Assembly (NCBI GenBank): GCA_963716255.1
Contig: OY970303.1
Location: 2,816,001 to 2,880,000 of the forward strand
DNA: 64,000 nucleotides
Source: an uncultured Gemmatimonadales bacterium
Lineage (GTDB): Bacteria; Gemmatimonadota; Gemmatimonadetes; Longimicrobiales; Longimicrobiaceae
Direction of reading: 5' to 3'
A program made the position numbers and the translations under genes. Below, piece by piece: positions 59,633 to 64,000 of this stretch (the stretch's first letter is position 1; each line of letters begins with the position of its first letter). The notes under the pieces are model-generated. The model was not told where the DNA came from. It worked only from the letters and a program-made list of their open reading frames with translations, and ran no database searches.

Positions 59633-62305
59633 ATGAGCGTGACGGAACCCGTGGCGGCGGCCGTGGCCGCCGGCCTGGACCCCGAGGAGCTGCGCGTCGC
59701 CCGCCTGCGGGCGGTGCGCGGCCCCAACTTCTGGAGGCTCGCGCCGGTCATCGCCTGCGACGTACAGCTGGGCTCGCTGGAGGACGTGCCCTCCAGCGAG
59801 ATGCCGGGCTTCAACGACCGCCTGCTGGAGCTCATCCCCACCCTCCACGAGCACCCCTGCTCCCGCGGCGAGAGCGGCGGCTTCGTGGAACGGCTGCGCG
59901 AAGGCACCCACCTCCCCCACATCCTGGAGCACGTCGCGCTGGAGCTGCAGACGCTCGCGGGCTCGGACGTGCGCTTCGGGCGGGTGGTGGAGTCGGGGGA
60001 CGAGGGGGTGTGGTGGCTGATCGTGGCGTACGAGGAGGAGGACGTGGGCCTCCAGAGCGTGCGCGACGCGGTGCGGGTGGTGCGCGCCTGCATGGCCGGC
60101 GAGCCGCTGGACGTGGGCCGCATGGTGCAGGACCTCCACGAGCTGCTGGAGGACGTGCGGCTGGGGCCCTCCACCGCGGCCATCGTGGAGGAGGCGCGGC
60201 GCAGGGCGATCCCGGTGCGCCGGCTCAACAGCAGCTCGCTGGTGCAGCTGGGGCTGGGCAAGAACCTGCGCCGGGTGCAGGCCGCCATGTCCGACTACAC
60301 CAGCGCCATCGGGGTGGAGATCGCGCAGGACAAGGACGACACGCGCCGGGTGCTGCGCAACATCGGCCTCCCCGCGCCGGAGGGCGACACCGCCGCCACG
60401 CTGGAGGGCGCGGTGGAGGTGGCCCGGGAGATCGGCTTCCCGGTGCTCCTCAAGCCGCTGGACGCCAGCCACGGCCGCGGCATCTCCGGGCGTCTGGCCG
60501 ACGAGGCGGCGGTGGCCCGCGCCTGGCCCGAGTCCAGCGCCTACTCGCGGCGCGTGGTGGTGGAGCGCTTCGTCACCGGGCGCGACTACCGCGTGCTGGT
60601 GGTGGACGGCAGGGTGGCGGCGGTGGCGGAGCGCGTCCCCGCGCACGTGGTGGGCGACGGGCGCAGCCCGGTGCGCGAGCTGATCGGCGCCGCCAACCGC
60701 GACCCGCGCCGCGGCACCGGGCACTCGCGGGTGCTCACCCGCCTCCCCGACGACGGGGCCACCGGGGAGTTCCTGGCCTCACGCGGCCTGTCCATGGACA
60801 GCGTACCCGCGGCGGGGGAGAGGGTGTTCCTGCGGGCCACGGCCAACCTGTCCACCGGCGGCACCTCCATCGACCGCACCGACGAGATCCACCCCGACAA
60901 CGTGACCGCGTGCGAGATGGCGGCGGGGATCGTGGGGCTGGACATCGCCGGCATCGACGTGCTCTCCCCCGACATCTCGGTGCCCTTCCGCGAGAACGGG
61001 GCGGTGATCATCGAGGTCAACGCGGCGCCGGGGCTGCGCATGCACACGCACCCCAGCGAGGGGACGCCCCGCAGCGTGGGCGCGCCCATCGTGGACATGC
61101 TGTACCCGCCGGGGACGCAGTACACCATCCCCGTCATCGCCATCACCGGCACCAACGGCAAGACCACCACCACGCGGCTGGCGGCGCACCTCTTCCGGCA
61201 CACGGGGAAGACGGTGGGCTTCACCACCACCGACGGCGTGTACCTGCAGAACCGGCTGGTGATGGAGGGGGACATGACCGGCCCCTTCTCCGCCAACATC
61301 ATCCTCAGCAACCCCACCGTGGACGTGGCGGTGCTGGAGACGGCGCGCGGCGGGGTGCTGCGCGCCGGGCTGGGCTTCGACGAGGCGGACGTGGGGGTGG
61401 TGCTCAACGTCACCGCCGACCACCTGGGGCTGCGCGGCATCAACACCCTGGAGCAGCTGGCCGAGGTCAAGTCGGTGATCCCCGCGGTGGTCAAGCGCGA
61501 GGGGCACGCGGTGCTCAACGCGGACGACCCGCTGGTGTACGCCATGCGCGAGCGCACCGGCGCGGACATCGTCCTCTTTTCCACCCGGCCGGAGGGGGAA
61601 AACGAGCTGTTCGAGGACCACATCGAGCGCGGCGGGATCGGGGCGCGCATCGAGGACGGGGTCTTCGTGGTCCGCCGCGGGCGGCTGCGCATTCCCATCG
61701 CCACCGTGCGCGAGGTGCCGCTGATGCTGGGCGGAGCGGCGCGCTTCCAGCAGCAGAACGTGCTCGCGGCCATCGCCACCGCGTACGTGCAGGGGGTGCG
61801 CTACGACACCATCCGCGCCGGGCTGCTCTCCTTCTTCCCCTCGCCCTCCATGACCCCCGGGCGGCTCAACCTGCTGCGGGTGGGGAAGGCGCGGGTGCTG
61901 GTGGACTACGCGCACAACCAGGCGGCGGTGGAGGGGCTGATGGAGCTGGCGCTGAACCTGCCGGCCACGCGGCGCATCGGCGTCATCGCGGTTCCCGGCG
62001 ACCGCCGCGACGAGGACATCCTCGGGGTGGGGCGGCTGGCGGCGAGGCTGGACCGGGTCATCGTCAAGGAGGACCCGGACCGGCGCGGGCGCGAGGACGG
62101 GGCCATCGCCCGGCTGCTGGTGCGGGGGCTGCGCGAGGGGGGGATGGGCGACGACCGCATCGAGGTGATCCTGGACGAGGCCACGGCGGTGGACCGGGCG
62201 CTGGAGGAGGTGGGCGACGGCGAGCTGGCGCTGATCCTGGCGGACGACGTGCCGGGGGTGCTGGCGCAGCTGCACCCGCACTCCAGCGGCCCGGCCGCGG
62301 CCTGA
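59633..62305 (+). CDS. cphA: Cyanophycin synthetase
   Basis: N domain (RGPN, HPCS...HILEH), LGPST, ATP-grasp (KPLDASHGRG, ANLSTGG, EVNAAPG) and Mur-like (TGTNGKTT, ETARGG, DYAHN). Confidence 0.95.
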   Translation: MSVTEPVAAAVAAGLDPEELRVARLRAVRGPNFWRLAPVIACDVQLGSLEDVPSSEMPGFNDRLLELIPTLHEHPCSRGESGGFVERLREGTHLPHILEHVALELQTLAGSDVRFGRVVESGDEGVWWLIVAYEEEDVGLQSVRDAVRVVRACMAGEPLDVGRMVQDLHELLEDVRLGPSTAAIVEEARRRAIPVRRLNSSSLVQLGLGKNLRRVQAAMSDYTSAIGVEIAQDKDDTRRVLRNIGLPAPEGDTAATLEGAVEVAREIGFPVLLKPLDASHGRGISGRLADEAAVARAWPESSAYSRRVVVERFVTGRDYRVLVVDGRVAAVAERVPAHVVGDGRSPVRELIGAANRDPRRGTGHSRVLTRLPDDGATGEFLASRGLSMDSVPAAGERVFLRATANLSTGGTSIDRTDEIHPDNVTACEMAAGIVGLDIAGIDVLSPDISVPFRENGAVIIEVNAAPGLRMHTHPSEGTPRSVGAPIVDMLYPPGTQYTIPVIAITGTNGKTTTTRLAAHLFRHTGKTVGFTTTDGVYLQNRLVMEGDMTGPFSANIILSNPTVDVAVLETARGGVLRAGLGFDEADVGVVLNVTADHLGLRGINTLEQLAEVKSVIPAVVKREGHAVLNADDPLVYAMRERTGADIVLFSTRPEGENELFEDHIERGGIGARIEDGVFVVRRGRLRIPIATVREVPLMLGGAARFQQQNVLAAIATAYVQGVRYDTIRAGLLSFFPSPSMTPGRLNLLRVGKARVLVDYAHNQAAVEGLMELALNLPATRRIGVIAVPGDRRDEDILGVGRLAARLDRVIVKEDPDRRGREDGAIARLLVRGLREGGMGDDRIEVILDEATAVDRALEEVGDGELALILADDVPGVLAQLHPHSSGPAAA

Positions 62306-62309
62306 CGCG

Positions 62310-63383
62310 ATGGTGCGCCCGGACCCGTTCTCCGAGATCCGCCTGGTGTCGCTGCGCAGCATCCGCGGGGCGAGCTTCTGGTCGCGGCGCCCGGTCACGC
62401 GCGTGGACCTGGCCCCCGGCGCGTACGACGACATCTCCTCCGCCGCGGTCCCCGGCTTCACCGGGGCGCTGCTGGCGGCGCTCCCCGGGCTGTGGGAGCA
62501 CCGCTGCTCGGTGGGCGAGCGCGGGGGCTTCGCCGCGCGGCTGCGCGACGGCACGTACGCGCCGCACATCGTGGAGCACGTGGGGCTGGAACTGCAGACC
62601 ATGGCGGGGCACGACGTGGGATACGGACGCGCCCGCGGCGGCGACCGGCCGGGGGAGTACACCGTGGTCTTCGAGCACCTGCACGCCGAGGTGGGACTGC
62701 GCTCCGCGGCGCTGGCGCTGGAGATCGTGCAGCGCGCCCTCGCGGGGACGCTGGACGGCGTCGCCGGCGCGGTGGCGGAGCTGGAGGCGCTGGCCCGCGC
62801 GCCGGACGCCCCGCCGCTCCGCCACGCGGTGCGCTGCGGCGTCACCGGCGGCGGCGACCGCGGCGCGGTGCGGGCGGAGATGCTGCGGCGCGGGGTGGGG
62901 GCCGCCGAGAGGGTGGTGGACGTGTCCCCGGCCTACCTCCTGAACGCGGGGCTCCCCTACTCGGCGTCCGATGTCGCGGTGATCCTGGACGCGGAACCGC
63001 GCGATGTGCCGGAGCGCTACCGCGACCCGGAGATGGCGCGGAAGCTGGTGTCCGTGCTCGCCGACGCGGTGCCGGCCGGCGGCCCCGCGGTGGTCCCCGC
63101 GGGGGAGTGGGACGTGCACGAGCGCGCCGCGGACGCGGGGTGCCGCCTGGCGGTGTTCGCGGACGCCGGGCGCCTGTCCGCCCGCGACGCCCGCGCGGCC
63201 CACGCCGCCGCCGTGGTGCGCGGCGGGCGCATCGTCCTGGAGTGCGGCGGCGACTCCGCCGACGGCGGCCCCCTCGACCCCGGCGCCCCCGCCGCACCGC
63301 AGCTCGCCGGCGCGCTGGCCGTGCTCGCCCTGAGGCGGATGCAACCCGACCCGGAAGTGAAAGACGATGCCCCGGTCCCGTAA
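62310..63383 (+). CDS. CphA N-domain protein fused to a degenerate Mur-like domain (no ATP-grasp)
   Basis: EHRCSVGERGGF...HIVEHVGLELQ; C-terminal LLNAGLPYSASDVAVI. Confidence 0.8.
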   Translation: MVRPDPFSEIRLVSLRSIRGASFWSRRPVTRVDLAPGAYDDISSAAVPGFTGALLAALPGLWEHRCSVGERGGFAARLRDGTYAPHIVEHVGLELQTMAGHDVGYGRARGGDRPGEYTVVFEHLHAEVGLRSAALALEIVQRALAGTLDGVAGAVAELEALARAPDAPPLRHAVRCGVTGGGDRGAVRAEMLRRGVGAAERVVDVSPAYLLNAGLPYSASDVAVILDAEPRDVPERYRDPEMARKLVSVLADAVPAGGPAVVPAGEWDVHERAADAGCRLAVFADAGRLSARDARAAHAAAVVRGGRIVLECGGDSADGGPLDPGAPAAPQLAGALAVLALRRMQPDPEVKDDAPVP

Positions 63384-64000
63384 CGGAAACCAAGCCCCGG
63401 CGCCCGTGGCGCCCGACGACGACGGCTCCGACCACCCCAACCGCCGCCGTACCGACCGCCCGGCCGGCACGCTGGTGCTCATCGGCGGAGCGTGCGACCC
63501 GCAGGGCGACGCGCTGGGGAGCTTCCTGGAGCGCTGCGGCGGCCGCGAGGGCGGCAAGATCGTGGGGATCACCACCGCCTCCACCGACCCCGCCGGCTCG
63601 GCGCGCGAGTGGATGGGGGCGTTCGCCGCGGCGGGGGCGCACAACGTGGAGATCCCCGTCATCGACCGGCGCGACCGGGCGCAGGACCCGCGCATCGCCG
63701 AGATGATCCGCGGAGCGGACGGGATCTTCCTGGGGGGCGGCGACCAGGTGCACCTGGTCGCTACGCTGGGCGGGTCGCGGGTGGACCGCGCCGTCCGCGA
63801 GGCCTACTCGCGCGGGGCGACCGTGTGCGGCACCAGCGCCGGCGCGGCTGCGCTCACCGAGACCATCCTGGCCGGCGGCGAGCCGGACGAGTACGGGCAG
63901 ATGCAGGACGTCCACCTGGGCCCCGGCTTCGGGCTGCTGGGCTTCCGGGCGATGATCGACACGCATTTCTCGCAGCGCCGCCGCCTGCAGCGCCTTTTCA
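63367..64000 (+). CDS. cphB: Cyanophycinase (partial, runs off the window end)
   Basis: LVLIGG, IFLGGGDQ, GTSAGA (catalytic Ser) and IDTHFSQRRR. Confidence 0.9.
   Translation, partial: MPRSRNGNQAPAPVAPDDDGSDHPNRRRTDRPAGTLVLIGGACDPQGDALGSFLERCGGREGGKIVGITTASTDPAGSAREWMGAFAAAGAHNVEIPVIDRRDRAQDPRIAEMIRGADGIFLGGGDQVHLVATLGGSRVDRAVREAYSRGATVCGTSAGAAALTETILAGGEPDEYGQMQDVHLGPGFGLLGFRAMIDTHFSQRRRLQRLF

Overview
High-GC bacterial chromosome segment; gene content and style suggest Gemmatimonadota/Longimicrobiaceae (inference). The housekeeping flanks encode peptidases, a penicillin acylase, a chemoreceptor with a binding protein, a Rieske oxygenase, an APC permease and a cyanophycin cluster. They also carry six copies of a ~126-bp covarying structured repeat and a second REP-like family. 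A ~32.2-kb island (~23124-55339) splits an M14 zinc-carboxypeptidase gene in two, and deleting it restores an in-frame ~868-aa ORF. The island ends in a 12-bp imperfect inverted repeat. It opens with a translationally coupled module: two large tyrosine-recombinase-like genes, two small coiled-coil genes, a RecD2-like helicase (interrupted by IS630) and a third tyrosine recombinase. The cargo is rich in defence-like domains (two HEPN-like, TIR-TM, two HNH, FRG, PD-(D/E)xK), interspersed with attC-like palindromes but with no integron integrase. It also holds a TPR protein paired with a small secreted peptide bearing a duplicated GSGFGSGH motif (candidate RRNPP-like signalling pair), a resolvase, LexA and a small protein made of five retroviral-type CCHC zinc knuckles. 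All calls come from motif reading by eye; no searches were run.
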